The notes under the pieces: model-generated | Told to the model about the DNA's origin: nothing | The model's input: the letters and a program-made list of their open reading frames with translations, nothing else | The model's database searches: none | Source of the DNA: an uncultured bacterium | GTDB taxonomy: Bacteria > Bacteroidota > Ignavibacteria > Kapaibacteriales > UBA2268 | DNA: 64,000 nucleotides | NCBI GenBank assembly: GCA_942490685.1 | Contig: CALNXW010000016.1 | Span: 3,197,166 to 3,261,165 of the forward strand | Reading direction: 5' to 3' | Shown: one piece after another, positions 37,632-49,600 of the stretch | Layout of the letters: each line of letters begins with the position of its first letter | Numbering within the stretch: position 1 is the stretch's first letter | Program-made: the position numbers and the translations under genes

Positions 37632-39188
37632 ATGGACAAAATTACTCAGTCTAAAATTGAGTCTATGCATAAAATAAAAGAAAAAGCACAGTTAGGAGGA
37701 GGTCAGAAACGACTAGATGCGCAACATGCAAAAGGAAAACTGTCCGCTCGTGAAAGAATAGATATATTATGTGATCCCGGTACTTTCAGAGAAATAGATG
37801 CCTTGGCACACCACCACTCCAGTGGCTTCGGTCAGGATGCAAACATTGCTTTAGGAGATGGTGTAGTTGTAGGGCATGCAGAAGTTGGAGGAGATAAAGT
37901 TTATCTCTTTTCTCAGGACTTTACCGTACTTGGCGGTTCTCTTGCTGAACAGCACGGCAAAAAAATCTGTAAGATCATGGATTTAGCAATGAAAAGTGGC
38001 TACCCGGTGATTGGAATTAATGACTCGGGTGGTGCCAGAGTGCAGGAAGGGGTGATTTCTTTAGGAGCATACGCAGATATATTCCTAAGAAATACTTTAG
38101 CCTCCGGTGTTGTACCTCAAATTTCAGTAATTATGGGCCCTTGTGCCGGTGGTGCTGTTTACTCTCCTGCAATTACAGACTTTATAATTATGGTGCGGAA
38201 AACATCTTATATGTTTGTTACCGGCCCCAAAGTAGTAAAAACTGTTACCCATGAAGAACTCTCTGCCGAGGAACTTGGAGGAGCTGAGGTGCATGCCGCT
38301 AAGAGTGGTGTTGCTCATTTCATTGCTGAAAATGACATGACAGCTATGGAAATTATTCGCAGCCTGCTTAGATTTATCCCTCAAAATAATGCAGAGGAAC
38401 CCCCATTTATTCCAAATGATGATCCTATTGATCGTGAAGATGAAAGATTAAATGAAATTATACCTGCATCCCCAAATCAGCCTTATGATATGAAGGACAT
38501 TATTTTGAGCCTAACAGATAATTCCGAGTTTCTGGAAGTACATAAAGATTATGCTACTAATATTATTGTTGGATTTATTCGCCTAGGCGGCAGATCCATC
38601 GGTGTAGTTGCAAATCAGCCTATGGAGATGGCAGGGGTACTTGATATCAATTCTTCAAAAAAAGCAGGTAGATTTGTTAGATTCTGTGATGCATTTAATA
38701 TTCCAATATTGACTTTAGTAGACGTTCCCGGTTTCATGCCGGGCTCTGATCAGGAATGGAATGCCATTATAACAAATGGAGCAAAACTACTTTATGCTTT
38801 TGCAGAAGCAACAGTCCCTAAAGTTACTCTTATTACAAGAAAAGCTTATGGTGGTGCTTATGACGTAATGAGCAGTAAACACATTCGCGGAGATTTTAAC
38901 TTTGCATGGCCAACTGCCGAGCTTGCTGTGATGGGTGCAAAAGGAGCTGTTGAAATTATATTTAAAAAAGAAATTGAATCTTCTGAAGATCCTGGCGCAA
39001 AAGAACAGGAACTAATAGATATGTATAATGAAAAATTTGCGAATCCATATATTGCAGCATCTTATGGATATATTGACGATGTCATCGAACCAAGGAGTTC
39101 GAGACAAAGACTTATTGAATCCTTTGCTATGCTGGAAAACAAGGTCGATAAAAATCCACCTAAAAAGCATGGGAATATTCCTTTGTAG
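37632..39188 (+). CDS. Acyl-CoA carboxyltransferase subunit (propionyl-CoA carboxylase beta / methylmalonyl-CoA decarboxylase alpha family)
   Basis: 518 aa with the duplicated crotonase-like carboxyltransferase fold (…GGARVQEG…, …AYGGAYDVM…). Confidence 0.85.
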   Translation: MDKITQSKIESMHKIKEKAQLGGGQKRLDAQHAKGKLSARERIDILCDPGTFREIDALAHHHSSGFGQDANIALGDGVVVGHAEVGGDKVYLFSQDFTVLGGSLAEQHGKKICKIMDLAMKSGYPVIGINDSGGARVQEGVISLGAYADIFLRNTLASGVVPQISVIMGPCAGGAVYSPAITDFIIMVRKTSYMFVTGPKVVKTVTHEELSAEELGGAEVHAAKSGVAHFIAENDMTAMEIIRSLLRFIPQNNAEEPPFIPNDDPIDREDERLNEIIPASPNQPYDMKDIILSLTDNSEFLEVHKDYATNIIVGFIRLGGRSIGVVANQPMEMAGVLDINSSKKAGRFVRFCDAFNIPILTLVDVPGFMPGSDQEWNAIITNGAKLLYAFAEATVPKVTLITRKAYGGAYDVMSSKHIRGDFNFAWPTAELAVMGAKGAVEIIFKKEIESSEDPGAKEQELIDMYNEKFANPYIAASYGYIDDVIEPRSSRQRLIESFAMLENKVDKNPPKKHGNIPL

Positions 39189-39198
39189 ATATCAATCT

Positions 39199-39237
39199 AA
39201 AAAGCTGCACCTCACATAAGTGAAGTGCAGCTTTTTT
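39199..39237. terminator. Bidirectional rho-independent terminator
   Basis: AAAAAGCTGCAC-ctcacataagtgaa-GTGCAGCTTTTTT between the convergent carboxyltransferase and aconitase. Confidence 0.8.
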
Positions 39238-39250
39238 ATCTTTACGCATA

Positions 39251-41551
39251 TCAAACTTTCTGCTGCTTAATCAAGTTCAATGCAGAACCTGCTTTGAACC
39301 AAGCTATTTGAGAATCATTATAAGTATGATTTGTCATGATTTCGTCCTTGCTGCCATCAGCATGGTTTAAGACAACTTTTACCTGTTTGCCAGGAGCAAA
39401 GTCAGCAATCATCACATCAATAGAGTCATCCTCTAAAATCTTATTATAATCTTCTTTATTGTCAAAAGTCAAACCTAACATACCTTGTTTTTTAAGGTTT
39501 GTCTCATGAATTCTGGCAAAAGACTTAGTCAGAACAACCTTTACACCTAAGTGACGAGGTTCCATAGCAGCATGTTCACGTGAAGAACCTTCACCATAGT
39601 TTTCATCTCCAACCACTATTGATCCTATGCCTTGAGCTTTATATGCTCTCTGCACTTTAGGAACTTCATCGTAATTTCCATCAAGCTGATTTTTTACATT
39701 GTTTGTTTCTTCATTATAGAAGTTTACAGCACCAGTCAGCATATTGTCAGAAATATTATCCAGATGACCTCTGAATCTCAACCAAGGCCCTGCCATTGAA
39801 ATATGGTCAGTAGTACATTTACCTTTAGCCTTAATTAAGAGCTTCAAGCCTTTAAAGTCTTTTCCGTCCCAAGGTTCAAATGGTGTCAATAATTGCAGCC
39901 TTTTAGATTCAGGGTTAACAATCACATTAACGTTAGAACCATCTTCAGCAGGTGCCTGATATCCGGGATCTGCAACATCAAATCCTTTAGTTGGAAGTTC
40001 ATCTCCGGTAGGAGCATCAAGCATCACTTCCTGCCCGTCTTCATTTATAAGTTTATCCGTCATAGGATTAAAGCTCATTTTCCCTGCGATAGCTAATGCT
40101 GTTACTATTTCAGGAGAAGCAACAAACCCATGTGTATTCGGATTACCATCATTACGTTTAGCAAAATTTCTATTGAAAGAAGTAATAATAGAGTTTTTCT
40201 CTTTCTTTTCAGCACCATGGCGAGCCCACTGTCCAATGCAAGGTCCGCACGCATTAGCAAGCACCACACCGCCAATTTTTTCAAAATCATCAATAAATCC
40301 GTCGCGCTCGATTGTATATCGCACAATTTCAGAGCCGGGAGTAATAGTATATTCAGATTTTACTTTTAAGTTTTTGGCAACTGCCTGCTGAGCAAGAGAA
40401 GCCGCTCTTGAAATATCCTCATAAGAAGAGTTCGTACAAGAACCAATCAAACCAACTTCCAGCTTCTCAGGCCAGTCATTTTCTTTTACAGCTTCAGCCA
40501 TTTTGCTTATAGGAGTAGCTAAATCCGGTGTGAATGGGCCATTGATATGCGGTTCTAATTCAGAAAGATTAATTTCAATCACCTGATCGAAGTATTTCGC
40601 AGGATCAGCATATACTTCTGCATCACCGGTTAAAAACTCAGCATTAGCTTTAGCCATGTCAGCTACTTCTTTTCTTCCTGTAGCTGCAAGGTAATCATAC
40701 ATTTTTTGATCAAAACCAAAGGTAGAAGTAGTAGCTCCGATTTCAGCACCCATGTTGCAAATTGTGCCTTTACCTGTACATGAAATAGACTGAGCACCGT
40801 CACCAAAGTATTCAACTATTGCTCCTGTGCCGCCTTTAACTGTCAACAGACCGGCAACTTTCAAGATAACATCTTTAGCAGAAGTCCAACCGCTCATTTT
40901 GCCAGTGAGCTTTACACCAATAAGTTTAGGATATTTTAGTTCCCAAGGCATTCCTGCCATCACATCTACAGCATCAGCTCCGCCTACACCAATTGCAACC
41001 ATACCCAAACCACCTGCATTAGGCGTATGAGAGTCAGTTCCAATCATCATTCCACCCGGGAATGCATAGTTTTCAAGCACAACTTGGTGAATAATTCCTG
41101 CGCCTGGCTTCCAAAAACCAATTCCATATTTATTTGATACAGAAGCAAGAAAATCATACACTTCTTTATTTGTATCAATTGCTACTTCCAAATCTTTATC
41201 TGCACCCACTTTCGCCTGAATTAAGTGGTCGCAGTGAACTGTGGAAGGAACAGCAGTATTATCCTTACCTGCCTGCATAAACTGAAGCAAAGCCATTTGA
41301 GCAGTTGCATCTTGCATTGCAACTCTGTCAGGGCTAAAATTAACATAATCTTCGCCACGTTTAAAATCTTTAAGCTCATTCTGGTCGTAAAGATGAGCAA
41401 GTAGAATTTTTTCCGCTAAGGCAAGCGGTCTACCGGTTACTTCTTTTGCTTTGTTCACTTTCTCTGCAAAAGAAGCATAGTGCTTTTTAAGCATCTCAAG
41501 ATCAAAAATCATTACATTGCACCTATATATTGTAGTAAGAAAGACATTCAA
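39251..41551 (-). CDS. acn: Aconitate hydratase (aconitase A family)
   Basis: About 750 aa with a 4Fe-4S cluster cysteine context (…GSCTNSS…, …[10 protein letters not shown]…). The real start may be the Met 13 codons in. Confidence 0.85.
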   Translation of the reverse strand: MNVFLTTIYRCNVMIFDLEMLKKHYASFAEKVNKAKEVTGRPLALAEKILLAHLYDQNELKDFKRGEDYVNFSPDRVAMQDATAQMALLQFMQAGKDNTAVPSTVHCDHLIQAKVGADKDLEVAIDTNKEVYDFLASVSNKYGIGFWKPGAGIIHQVVLENYAFPGGMMIGTDSHTPNAGGLGMVAIGVGGADAVDVMAGMPWELKYPKLIGVKLTGKMSGWTSAKDVILKVAGLLTVKGGTGAIVEYFGDGAQSISCTGKGTICNMGAEIGATTSTFGFDQKMYDYLAATGRKEVADMAKANAEFLTGDAEVYADPAKYFDQVIEINLSELEPHINGPFTPDLATPISKMAEAVKENDWPEKLEVGLIGSCTNSSYEDISRAASLAQQAVAKNLKVKSEYTITPGSEIVRYTIERDGFIDDFEKIGGVVLANACGPCIGQWARHGAEKKEKNSIITSFNRNFAKRNDGNPNTHGFVASPEIVTALAIAGKMSFNPMTDKLINEDGQEVMLDAPTGDELPTKGFDVADPGYQAPAEDGSNVNVIVNPESKRLQLLTPFEPWDGKDFKGLKLLIKAKGKCTTDHISMAGPWLRFRGHLDNISDNMLTGAVNFYNEETNNVKNQLDGNYDEVPKVQRAYKAQGIGSIVVGDENYGEGSSREHAAMEPRHLGVKVVLTKSFARIHETNLKKQGMLGLTFDNKEDYNKILEDDSIDVMIADFAPGKQVKVVLNHADGSKDEIMTNHTYNDSQIAWFKAGSALNLIKQQKV

Positions 41552-41700
41552 TATTAGTTTTATTCTGCTCTAAATATTAATTCGAACTTAGAATATGAAT
41601 TTCATTCCCAGTTAGCACACACTTAACACTAAAAGCTTAACTTATGCCCTAAATCATTGGGATCCAAACATCAGTTGTTTCATTATTTATCGGAGCAGTA

Positions 41701-44169
41701 ATGTCTAAACTCCGTCTTAATTTATTTAGCAAAGTTTTTGGCTTTGCCACGCTTTTAGAACTTATCATGGTTGTAATTGTGCTTTTTTCAGTATTTGCAT
41801 TCAACACACAAAAAGAGCGCGATGATTTTAGAAAAATCCAATCTCTTATGTTGGAAGCCAACCATCAGCGTAGCGAGTTCTCAAAATACAGAGATTCTTC
41901 TTCCGTAGCAAAATTCTACGGCAAACTAAATTCAATTGATAATATTTTACTGGACTATACAGACGACAATACCATTGCTTCATTTCTTTTCAAAAAGAAA
42001 GATTACAAAAAAATATTCGATTCTTATAGAGAAGAGATGTTAAAAAGAGGTCTAAATGAAGAGTCCGGAATTGAAGGCAAATTTCGAAGATCTGTACATG
42101 AATTAGAATCTAAACTAAAAGATATTGATTCTAAAGATATGCTAATTTATATGCTTCAGGCTCGAAGAAGTGAAAAAGATTATCTTATGAGAAAGAATGA
42201 TAAGTATGTGCAGAAAGTAAAAACTGCAATTTCTGCTGTAATCAAATATGCCTCTCAATCAAATCTCACAGATGAGGAATACAATACTATAGCTAAACTT
42301 TCAGAAAATTATTTGACTAGCTTCGCTTCTACAGTTGATATTTTCAGAAAACTGGAAGATCTGGAGTCTAAGATTATTGAAGACGAAACAGAGATTATCT
42401 CCCTAATCAAAGACATCTGTCTGGCTAAAACAGATAAAGCTGAGTTGATGAAAAATGTACAGTATCTTGCTGCAGGTATATCAATTTTGCTTGGCTTATT
42501 TCTGTCTTATATCATTGCAAAAAGCATCACAAAACCAATAAACAGTTTGCAGCAACTTGCAAACCAAATAAGAGAAGGCGACTTCACAATTCCTGAAAAA
42601 GTACACTCCGATGACGAAATAGGTGAACTTCACAATTCTTTTACTGATATGAGCACTGTCCTGTCATCTCTGATTTCTGACATTAACAGTATAACTCACG
42701 CCGCCAGGGAAGGGAAATTAAGCATTAGGGGCAACTCTTCTGAATATCAGGGGGGCTACCGAGAAATAATCGACGGATTAAATCGCACAATGGACAATTT
42801 ACTAGATCCTATGAATATCACTGCTGAGTATATTGACAGAATATCCAAAGGTGATATACCTCCAAAAATTGAAAAAGAATTTACCGGCGACTTTAAAGAA
42901 TTAAAAAAGAACATGAATACCTGTATCGATGCCATTAATATGCTAATCAAAGATACTGATATGTTAGCCAGTGCTGCTCAAACAGGCAATCTGAGCACAA
43001 GAGCAGACGCTTCTCTACATAAAGGAGATTTCAAAAAAATTGTACAAGGTGTAAATCATGCTTTGGATGGAATAATAGATCCGATAACAGAAGCAGGAGA
43101 AATTCTCAAAGACTTAGCTAATGGCGACCTTACAGTGCAAATGTCCGGATCATATCAGGGAAGAATGGATCTGCTTAAAAATGATATTAATAGTTTATCC
43201 AATACTTTTAGAGCCTTAATCAAACAAGTATCTAATTCAGTATCATCTGCAGTAACCGGTTCGCATCAGATAAGAATGTCAACAGACGAGTTTCTGGTAG
43301 CTTCAAAAGAAACTGAACAGCAAACAAATATTGTTGCAAATTCTATTGATGAGATGAGCCGAACTTTAACTGAAAATGCTCAAAGCACACATCAAGCTAC
43401 AGATATGGCAGAGAATAACCGTGAAATAGCGACTACAGGTTTTGAAATTGTTGGTAAAACAGTTAATAAAATGCGCGATATTGCTGCTTTAGTAAGAAAT
43501 TCTGCAGAAGAAATAGAAAAGTTGGGTGACTCCTCCAAGAAAATTGGAGAGATAATTTCTGTGATTGATGAAATTGCTGACCAAACAAATCTTCTAGCAC
43601 TAAATGCAGCAATTGAAGCAGCAAGAGCCGGAGAACAAGGAAGAGGCTTTGCTGTAGTGGCCGATGAAGTCAGGAAACTTGCCGAAAGAACTACAGACGC
43701 TACTAAGAGCATAACTTATATGATCAAAGGAATTCAGCAAGAAACACAAAAGGCTGTAAATGAAATGGTAAGAGGCACTTCTGAAGTCACTATCGGGATA
43801 GAACTTGCTGATCAGGCAGGCGACTCACTCAACAGAGTAGTCAGCAGTTCTGAAGAAGTTCTTGATATGATAAACCAAATATCAGCATCTAATGTAGAAC
43901 TTTCTGCCACTGGTGATGAAATTGCAAAACATGTCATATCTATTTCTCAAATGACTAGAGAATCGGTAAAAAGCCTGCAGGAAATCTCAGACTCAGCCAA
44001 TAATCTGGATAAATTGAACAGTAAAACAAGCAAATTTATGGGTAATTTTAAAATCCATGCACATAATGGATTATCTACTAATTCAGATATGTTCGAAGCA
44101 GGAATAGAACGCGATGTATACGAAGAAAATAATGAAACGATGGCTCTGAGTGAATATAATTATATCTAA
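41701..44169 (+). CDS. Methyl-accepting chemotaxis protein with an N-terminal sensor region, a TM helix, multiple HAMP-like repeats and an MCP signalling domain
   Basis: Highly conserved signalling-domain block ([39 protein letters not shown]) preceded by reiterated HAMP-like units. Confidence 0.85.
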   Translation: MSKLRLNLFSKVFGFATLLELIMVVIVLFSVFAFNTQKERDDFRKIQSLMLEANHQRSEFSKYRDSSSVAKFYGKLNSIDNILLDYTDDNTIASFLFKKKDYKKIFDSYREEMLKRGLNEESGIEGKFRRSVHELESKLKDIDSKDMLIYMLQARRSEKDYLMRKNDKYVQKVKTAISAVIKYASQSNLTDEEYNTIAKLSENYLTSFASTVDIFRKLEDLESKIIEDETEIISLIKDICLAKTDKAELMKNVQYLAAGISILLGLFLSYIIAKSITKPINSLQQLANQIREGDFTIPEKVHSDDEIGELHNSFTDMSTVLSSLISDINSITHAAREGKLSIRGNSSEYQGGYREIIDGLNRTMDNLLDPMNITAEYIDRISKGDIPPKIEKEFTGDFKELKKNMNTCIDAINMLIKDTDMLASAAQTGNLSTRADASLHKGDFKKIVQGVNHALDGIIDPITEAGEILKDLANGDLTVQMSGSYQGRMDLLKNDINSLSNTFRALIKQVSNSVSSAVTGSHQIRMSTDEFLVASKETEQQTNIVANSIDEMSRTLTENAQSTHQATDMAENNREIATTGFEIVGKTVNKMRDIAALVRNSAEEIEKLGDSSKKIGEIISVIDEIADQTNLLALNAAIEAARAGEQGRGFAVVADEVRKLAERTTDATKSITYMIKGIQQETQKAVNEMVRGTSEVTIGIELADQAGDSLNRVVSSSEEVLDMINQISASNVELSATGDEIAKHVISISQMTRESVKSLQEISDSANNLDKLNSKTSKFMGNFKIHAHNGLSTNSDMFEAGIERDVYEENNETMALSEYNYI

Positions 44170-44235
44170 AACAAGCTCTTTCTTGATTTGAAATATAGAT
44201 GAGGTATCACTCTTAAGAGCGATACCTCACTTAGT

Positions 44236-44913
44236 TTAGTACAGTTCATATTGATAGAGTTTTTCTATATGATAAGTACTGTCTGACTCATCATTCGAGT
44301 AGTGAGAAATATATCCGATGCCGGGTATTATCACTTCTACTTTTGAATACTCCTGACTTTCACTTATCAGAGTTAATTCCCATGCTTCATATAACAAACC
44401 GTTCAAGTCATATTCAATGAGTCGAACATCATACTCGCTGTGATCAATTGTAGTAATTCCTTCATGTTTTATGTATAATGGTACTATATCAGAGACATGC
44501 TGAATATTTTGACCATCCACTGAATGTTCTGATGTACCATAAAGAGAATCTCCAAACTCAAAATAGTATTCACCTAAATAGAACTTAGTTGAATCTTCTA
44601 CACTACCTAATTTTATTTGAAACACATTTACAGAATTGCCTTTATAAAAAAATCGACCTTTACTTATATACTTCCAATATTGTTTATATCTTTCAATAGG
44701 AAAATCTTCTGAGACCTTCTTGTCTACATCATAGTACCAGATATTTCTATCATTCAGAGTTATAATTTTTGCATCCCTTTTTATTTTGTAAGCTCCGTTC
44801 TCATTTACAGGATTTATAACCGAATCGCTATCCTCTCCACAAGAAAGAATAAACAGCATCAAGAGCAAAATTGAAGATATTTTCAACATAAAATCTATCC
44901 AATGTTTGAGCAA
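44236..44913 (-). CDS. Hypothetical lipoprotein
   Basis: Lipobox LFILSCGE after a hydrophobic leader. No family recognised. Confidence 0.45.
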   Translation of the reverse strand: MLKHWIDFMLKISSILLLMLFILSCGEDSDSVINPVNENGAYKIKRDAKIITLNDRNIWYYDVDKKVSEDFPIERYKQYWKYISKGRFFYKGNSVNVFQIKLGSVEDSTKFYLGEYYFEFGDSLYGTSEHSVDGQNIQHVSDIVPLYIKHEGITTIDHSEYDVRLIEYDLNGLLYEAWELTLISESQEYSKVEVIIPGIGYISHYSNDESDSTYHIEKLYQYELY

Positions 44914-45066
44914 TATAAACTAATATACACTATTATAATTTAATATAAACACAAAAGCAGATACTATTATCATTCCTTAATCATGTGTGACATTTTTGTA
45001 TATTGCACAGAAAATGATATGGTTTATAAACTTTTTGTTCTTGAAGCTATAATAACAGAGGTCGAA

Positions 45067-46050
45067 ATGAAAATCAAAATTTTTCTCTTTTTTGTCTTAC
45101 TTACTATCGGATTTTCCAATATAAGATTATCTGCTCAAACGCCCATTTTAACTACTCAGGTAGAAAAGATTGTTAATTACTATAACAGTGAGAAGTCTGA
45201 TAGTCTGTTTTATATGTTTAATGAAGCAATGCAGAAAGCCTTGCCTCTTGAGCAAACAGAGCAGTTTTTAAAACAAACCAAAATACAACTCGGTAAGATC
45301 AATAAGTATGAGTTTGGAACTTATATCAATAACAACCGGAATATGGCTATTTATGACGCTACATTTGAAAATGGCCTTTTTGATATTATAGTTGTGCTGG
45401 AAAATGATTTAATCTCAGGCTTTTCCATAAAACCTCACAAAAATAGAGATATTGAGATTATTGAAAGAAACTCTACTGAAATGATTCTGCCCTTCAATGA
45501 CAAGTGGTATGTAGTATGGGGCGGAGACACTGAAAAATTGAACTATCATGTAATTTCAGATGCACAAAAAAACGCGTTTGATTTTGTAATAATTGGTAAA
45601 GAAGGTAAGTCTTTTTCTAATGGAGGAAGTAAAAATGAAGACTATTATTGCTTCGGTAAAGAACTTTTTGCCCCTTGCGATGGTGTTGTTCTCATGACAG
45701 TTGACGGTATAAAAGACAATCAACCAGGCAAAATGAATAACTCATTTCCAATGGGAAATACAGTAATTCTGAAAGCCGAGAATGGTAAGGAGTTTATTTA
45801 TCTCTGCCACTTCAAACAGTTCTCCATAAAAGTAAAAGAAGGACAAAAAGTAAAACAGGGCGAACTACTTGGATTATGCGGGAACTCCGGTAGATCTTCA
45901 GAAGCGCATCTACATTTCCATCTGCAAAACACAGATGATGATGCAAATGCCACAGGCATCAAATGCTATTTCAAAGAGATTTTAGTAGATGAGGTCGCAA
46001 AGAAAGACTATTCTCCAATTCAGGCAGAAGTAGTTGAACAAAAGAAATAG
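45067..46050 (+). CDS. M23-family metallopeptidase with an N-terminal accessory domain
   Basis: Start placed at the Met with a signal peptide (MKIKIFLFFVLL) and an AGAGG RBS. C-terminal LLGLCGNSGRSSEAHLHFHL (HxH motif). Confidence 0.75.
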   Translation: MKIKIFLFFVLLTIGFSNIRLSAQTPILTTQVEKIVNYYNSEKSDSLFYMFNEAMQKALPLEQTEQFLKQTKIQLGKINKYEFGTYINNNRNMAIYDATFENGLFDIIVVLENDLISGFSIKPHKNRDIEIIERNSTEMILPFNDKWYVVWGGDTEKLNYHVISDAQKNAFDFVIIGKEGKSFSNGGSKNEDYYCFGKELFAPCDGVVLMTVDGIKDNQPGKMNNSFPMGNTVILKAENGKEFIYLCHFKQFSIKVKEGQKVKQGELLGLCGNSGRSSEAHLHFHLQNTDDDANATGIKCYFKEILVDEVAKKDYSPIQAEVVEQKK

Positions 46051-46094
46051 TAAGACATACAATTTGATACATCATACTTCTTTATATAAGAATT

Positions 46095-46127
46095 AAGCCG
46101 CAGAGTACATTGTACCTGCGGCTTTTC
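46095..46127 (+). terminator. Rho-independent terminator
   Basis: GCCGCAG-agtacattgtacct-CTGCGGC followed by TTTT. Confidence 0.55.
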
Positions 46128-46195
46128 TAGTGCATTTGTTCTATGATCTTTAAGGAAAATAAAAAAAGCTAACTTGATTGCAAGTTAGCTTTGTG

Positions 46196-46267
46196 TGATC
46201 CTAGGGGGATTCGAACCCCCACTGCCAGCGTGAAAGGCTGGTGACCTAACCGTTAGTCGATAGGACC
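46196..46267 (-). tRNA. tRNA-Glu (anticodon TTC), copy 1
   Basis: Cloverleaf read by hand: acceptor GGTCCTA/TAGGATC, D-arm GAC-TAACGGTTAG-GTC, anticodon arm CCAGC-CTTTCAC-GCTGG, T-arm GGGGG-TTCGAAT-CCCCC, discriminator A. CCA is not encoded. Followed by the hairpin GCTAACTTG-caat-CAAGTTAGC and a T-run. Confidence 0.85.
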
Positions 46268-46397
46268 ATTTTGTCTGCTGTGTGTCTCTAAAAGAGAGTT
46301 CAAAAATAAGGAGTTTGTTTTAAACTTCCAAATCTTTTTTTACCTATTTACAAGGTTTTCAAAAACAAAGCTAACTTGAAATCAAGTTAGCCCTTGG

Positions 46398-46469
46398 TGA
46401 TCCTAGGGGGATTCGAACCCCCACTGCCAGCGTGAAAGGCTGGTGACCTAACCGTTAGTCGATAGGACC
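46398..46469 (-). tRNA. tRNA-Glu (anticodon TTC), copy 2
   Basis: Identical to copy 1, with its own terminator hairpin (GCTAACTTGA-tt-TCAAGTTAGC followed by Ts). Confidence 0.85.
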
Positions 46470-46678
46470 ATTTAACTGTTGTGCGTCTCTAAAAGAGAGT
46501 TCAAAAATAAGGAGTTTGTTTTAAACTTCCAAATCTTTTTTTTCAAAGAATACAATAAATCTGATATTTTAACGAAACCAATCGACCTAAGAAATTTCTT
46601 ATTTGTTGAAAATCAAGATTTTAGAAACCTCCAAAAAACAGAAGTATTCTGATAAAGCAAACAGTCAAAAGGGATAGA

Positions 46679-46714
46679 TAAAAAAAGACCTCTGCGTATT
46701 ATAACACAGAGGTT
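46679..46714 (-). terminator. Rho-independent terminator downstream of the lipoprotein gene
   Basis: Minus strand reads AACCTCTG-tgttataatacg-CAGAGGTC followed by T8. Confidence 0.7.
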
Positions 46715-46742
46715 TCAAATAATCTAACTATATAATTTTCTA

Positions 46743-47336
46743 TTATATACCGATTCCTGATTTAGTTGCTTTGAAATAGTAAGGAATAGTGATTACATCA
46801 TCTTTATTTGCTTTGTTAGTAAAGATTAGCTCACCGGTTACAACACCAGCTTGTCCTGCAGGTTGGAAGTGAATTGAGATATATGTATCATCAGTGATTA
46901 CATTTGGTTGAATTTCTATATCTTTTTTGTCGTATACGTGCATACCTGTTTTAGAAAAGCCCGGCAAACATTGAGCACCACCGCTACCATTGCCCAAGCA
47001 AGCAGCAACAACTAAAACATCATCGTTAGTATTCGAGTCTATCTTAATTTCCAATTGGATTTTAACATCAGCATTACCCTTATTTAAAATCTCAGGTATA
47101 ATAACTGATTCAGTTGCTCCATTATCAGAGATCTGAAGTTCTGCAATAATGGAATCAGCTCTAACACCATCTACAGTTTTAAGTTCTAACACTTTTTCTA
47201 CTGGAGTTGGAGTTGGCGTAACAGGACTGTCATCGTCATCATCAGAGCATGAAGTAACGAAAACCATAAGAGCGAGGAAAGGCAAAAGTGCCAATAATTT
47301 TTTCATAACAAAAAACCTTTGTGTATAGTAGAACAA
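46743..47336 (-). CDS. Hypothetical lipoprotein
   Basis: Signal peptide with lipobox VTSCSDDDDDS and a Pro/Thr linker. Confidence 0.5.
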   Translation of the reverse strand: MFYYTQRFFVMKKLLALLPFLALMVFVTSCSDDDDDSPVTPTPTPVEKVLELKTVDGVRADSIIAELQISDNGATESVIIPEILNKGNADVKIQLEIKIDSNTNDDVLVVAACLGNGSGGAQCLPGFSKTGMHVYDKKDIEIQPNVITDDTYISIHFQPAGQAGVVTGELIFTNKANKDDVITIPYYFKATKSGIGI

Positions 47337-47445
47337 TTTTCTTAATTTAGCGTAGCTTATGATATATAAACACGTTACATAGCAATAAAGTTACATAAAA
47401 AAATTCAAAAAATCTATATTAATCTAATACAATAGGGTGTTAATT

Positions 47446-47952
47446 ATGAAAAAATTTCTGCTTGTCCTCCCAATCCTCTTGCTTGCATTTGCTGTGCAAA
47501 CTGTAAGTACTGCTACAGATGCTTCTAAAGTGCCTTCTGTGAAAGTTAAAGATATAAAAGGTAACGTTATAGATACCAAAGACTTGTCAAACGACGGCAA
47601 ACCTTTCATTATTAATTTCTGGGCTACTTGGTGCAAACCTTGTATCCTTGAATTAAATAATATCTCAGAAGTATACCCTGACTGGGTAGAAGAAACAGGT
47701 GTTAAAATCTATGCTGTGTCAATCGACGATTCTCGTAACAGTCGCCGTGTTGCTCCTTTTGTTAAAGGAAGAGGCTGGAAATACGAAGTCTTATTAGACG
47801 AAAACAAAGATTTCTCTCGCAAAATGAATGTAAACAATCCTCCTCACACCTTCCTATGTAACGGAAAAGGTGAAATCGTTTGGCAGCACAACGGTTATGC
47901 TCCAGGAGATGAAGAAGAGCTATACGAAGAAATCCTAAAGTTAGTTAAATAA
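47446..47952 (+). CDS. TlpA/ResA-like periplasmic thiol-disulfide oxidoreductase (thioredoxin fold)
   Basis: Signal peptide. WATWCKPC active site. The start is placed at the ATG with an AGGG RBS rather than the upstream GTG in the ORF track. Followed by an AGGTGCTG-ctatt-CAGCACCT plus T9 terminator. Confidence 0.8.
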   Translation: MKKFLLVLPILLLAFAVQTVSTATDASKVPSVKVKDIKGNVIDTKDLSNDGKPFIINFWATWCKPCILELNNISEVYPDWVEETGVKIYAVSIDDSRNSRRVAPFVKGRGWKYEVLLDENKDFSRKMNVNNPPHTFLCNGKGEIVWQHNGYAPGDEEELYEEILKLVK

Positions 47953-48247
47953 CAAACGAAATATATTTGATTAAAGGTGCTGCTATTCAGCACCTTTTTT
48001 TTTATATATCACTTATTACATTCTGTAAAAATATGTAACCTATTCTCTTGTATCGAGTATAATATCTATAAAGAACTGCATTTCTAAGCCATTATGCCAA
48101 ATAATATTTAATATTTAGATTGAAATAAGTTATTTTGCATATAATGAGCAAGAAGTAAACTAAAAGTGTAACTAAGACTTACACTTTTTGACTCACTCAG
48201 CGTCTTAGTACTATTTGCTTGTGAAAAACAAACTGAGGATTTAAATT

Positions 48248-49546
48248 ATGATAAAAGTTTACAAGAATACACTTATGATTTTAATGGCTGTCTTAGCCAT
48301 TTTCTCCTGCACTCCTGAATCTGCTGAATTACCGCCTACTCCTGAGGCACAGTTAGTAAGTATCAGAGTGATGAATGCGGATCTTAATCATCAAAATATG
48401 TCAGTACGTGTAAATGGAGCAGAGGTACACTCCAACCTTGCTTATGGTAGTTTATCTGCTTACAATAAATATGATCCGCCTGGTATTTCTTTAACTCTTT
48501 TTGATGCTGGTGAGCCATACTTTTCAACAGATATAAAAATCAATGAAAGATTAGATTTTACTCTCATTCCTTTCAAAGTAAATGACACTACCTCTCAGAT
48601 GTTGAGAATATATGATTTGAAAAATACAGATCCTAACAAAGCAGATCTAAAATGTTTCAATTTCAACTTTACAGATAGTCAATATGATTTAAGAATCGGT
48701 GGACCAGCCGGGGAAATCATCATTGATTCTCTTACTTATTCCAATCTTGAACCAAATGGAGCAACCAGGAACAGGTCTTTTCCTCTAGATGAAGGAAACT
48801 ATACCTTTGCTTTTACAAACACTGCTGACGGTAGTTTGGCTCATGAGTTTGAACCGGTATTTTTAGAAGGTGGAAAGGTTTATTACCTTACTATCTTTGG
48901 AGACGGTAATCAAACATTTACAAAAGCTTTTGAGTCTAATGGCTTATCAGGAAGCTTTATTGAACTGAAAGAACCTGCCCCTAAAGTTATGTTTGTAAAT
49001 ATGCTCAAACCTGATGAAGAGGTAGATGTATATTTAAATGGCACAAAAGGAGCCGTTTTAGCATATAGTGAAAACTCAGATTATTTGATTGGAAATAACA
49101 ACAGTAATTCCATTACTGTTATGGAAGCAAATACAACAAATCAATTGTTATCTCTTGATTTTGACCTGGAAGAAAAGTTAAGAAAAACTGTTATCGGATA
49201 TAAAACGCAAGAAAGTTATGATTATAAAGTTTTTGAAGATTCAACTTCACTTACCGCAATAGGGAAAACAAAAATTAGATTTATCAACATGACTGATCTG
49301 CCTGGTTTAAGTTTAAAAAATGACGGTAGCAGCCTGTTAGATAATATTGCAAGCAGAGAGAGCTCAGAATTTTTGGAAATTGAATCAGAAAACTACAAAT
49401 TTGAGATATATAATGAAGCAGGAGTTGCCATTTCCAAAGTAAGAGAAATTGAAGTACCTGCAAACAAAATAATTACGTTCATTGCTTATAAGTTAGCTAC
49501 TAAAGATGGTGAATTCGAATATGCTTTGAAACGAATTGATTACTAA
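48248..49546 (+). CDS. Hypothetical lipoprotein, beta-rich
   Basis: Lipobox AIFSCTPES. No family recognised. Confidence 0.45.
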   Translation: MIKVYKNTLMILMAVLAIFSCTPESAELPPTPEAQLVSIRVMNADLNHQNMSVRVNGAEVHSNLAYGSLSAYNKYDPPGISLTLFDAGEPYFSTDIKINERLDFTLIPFKVNDTTSQMLRIYDLKNTDPNKADLKCFNFNFTDSQYDLRIGGPAGEIIIDSLTYSNLEPNGATRNRSFPLDEGNYTFAFTNTADGSLAHEFEPVFLEGGKVYYLTIFGDGNQTFTKAFESNGLSGSFIELKEPAPKVMFVNMLKPDEEVDVYLNGTKGAVLAYSENSDYLIGNNNSNSITVMEANTTNQLLSLDFDLEEKLRKTVIGYKTQESYDYKVFEDSTSLTAIGKTKIRFINMTDLPGLSLKNDGSSLLDNIASRESSEFLEIESENYKFEIYNEAGVAISKVREIEVPANKIITFIAYKLATKDGEFEYALKRIDY

Positions 49547-49600
49547 TAGAATATGATCAACATTTAGATATAAAAGACAGCAAATAGCAAAAGGTGTAAA

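Larger units (their letters stand above)
46160..46560 (-). repeat. Tandem duplication (about 200-bp unit) comprising promoter region, tRNA-Glu and terminator
   Basis: 46261-46340 and 46461-46545 are near-identical upstream blocks (…TCTCTAAAAGAGAGTTCAAAAATAAGGAGTTTGTTTTAAACTTCCAAATCTTTTTT…). Confidence 0.7.

Noticed and set aside
48163-48190. Hairpin AAAAGTGTAA-ctaagact-TACACTTTTT upstream of the 48248 lipoprotein gene
   Set aside because: It could be a weak terminator or attenuator, but it is AT-rich, low-stability and isolated. It is not enough to call a feature.
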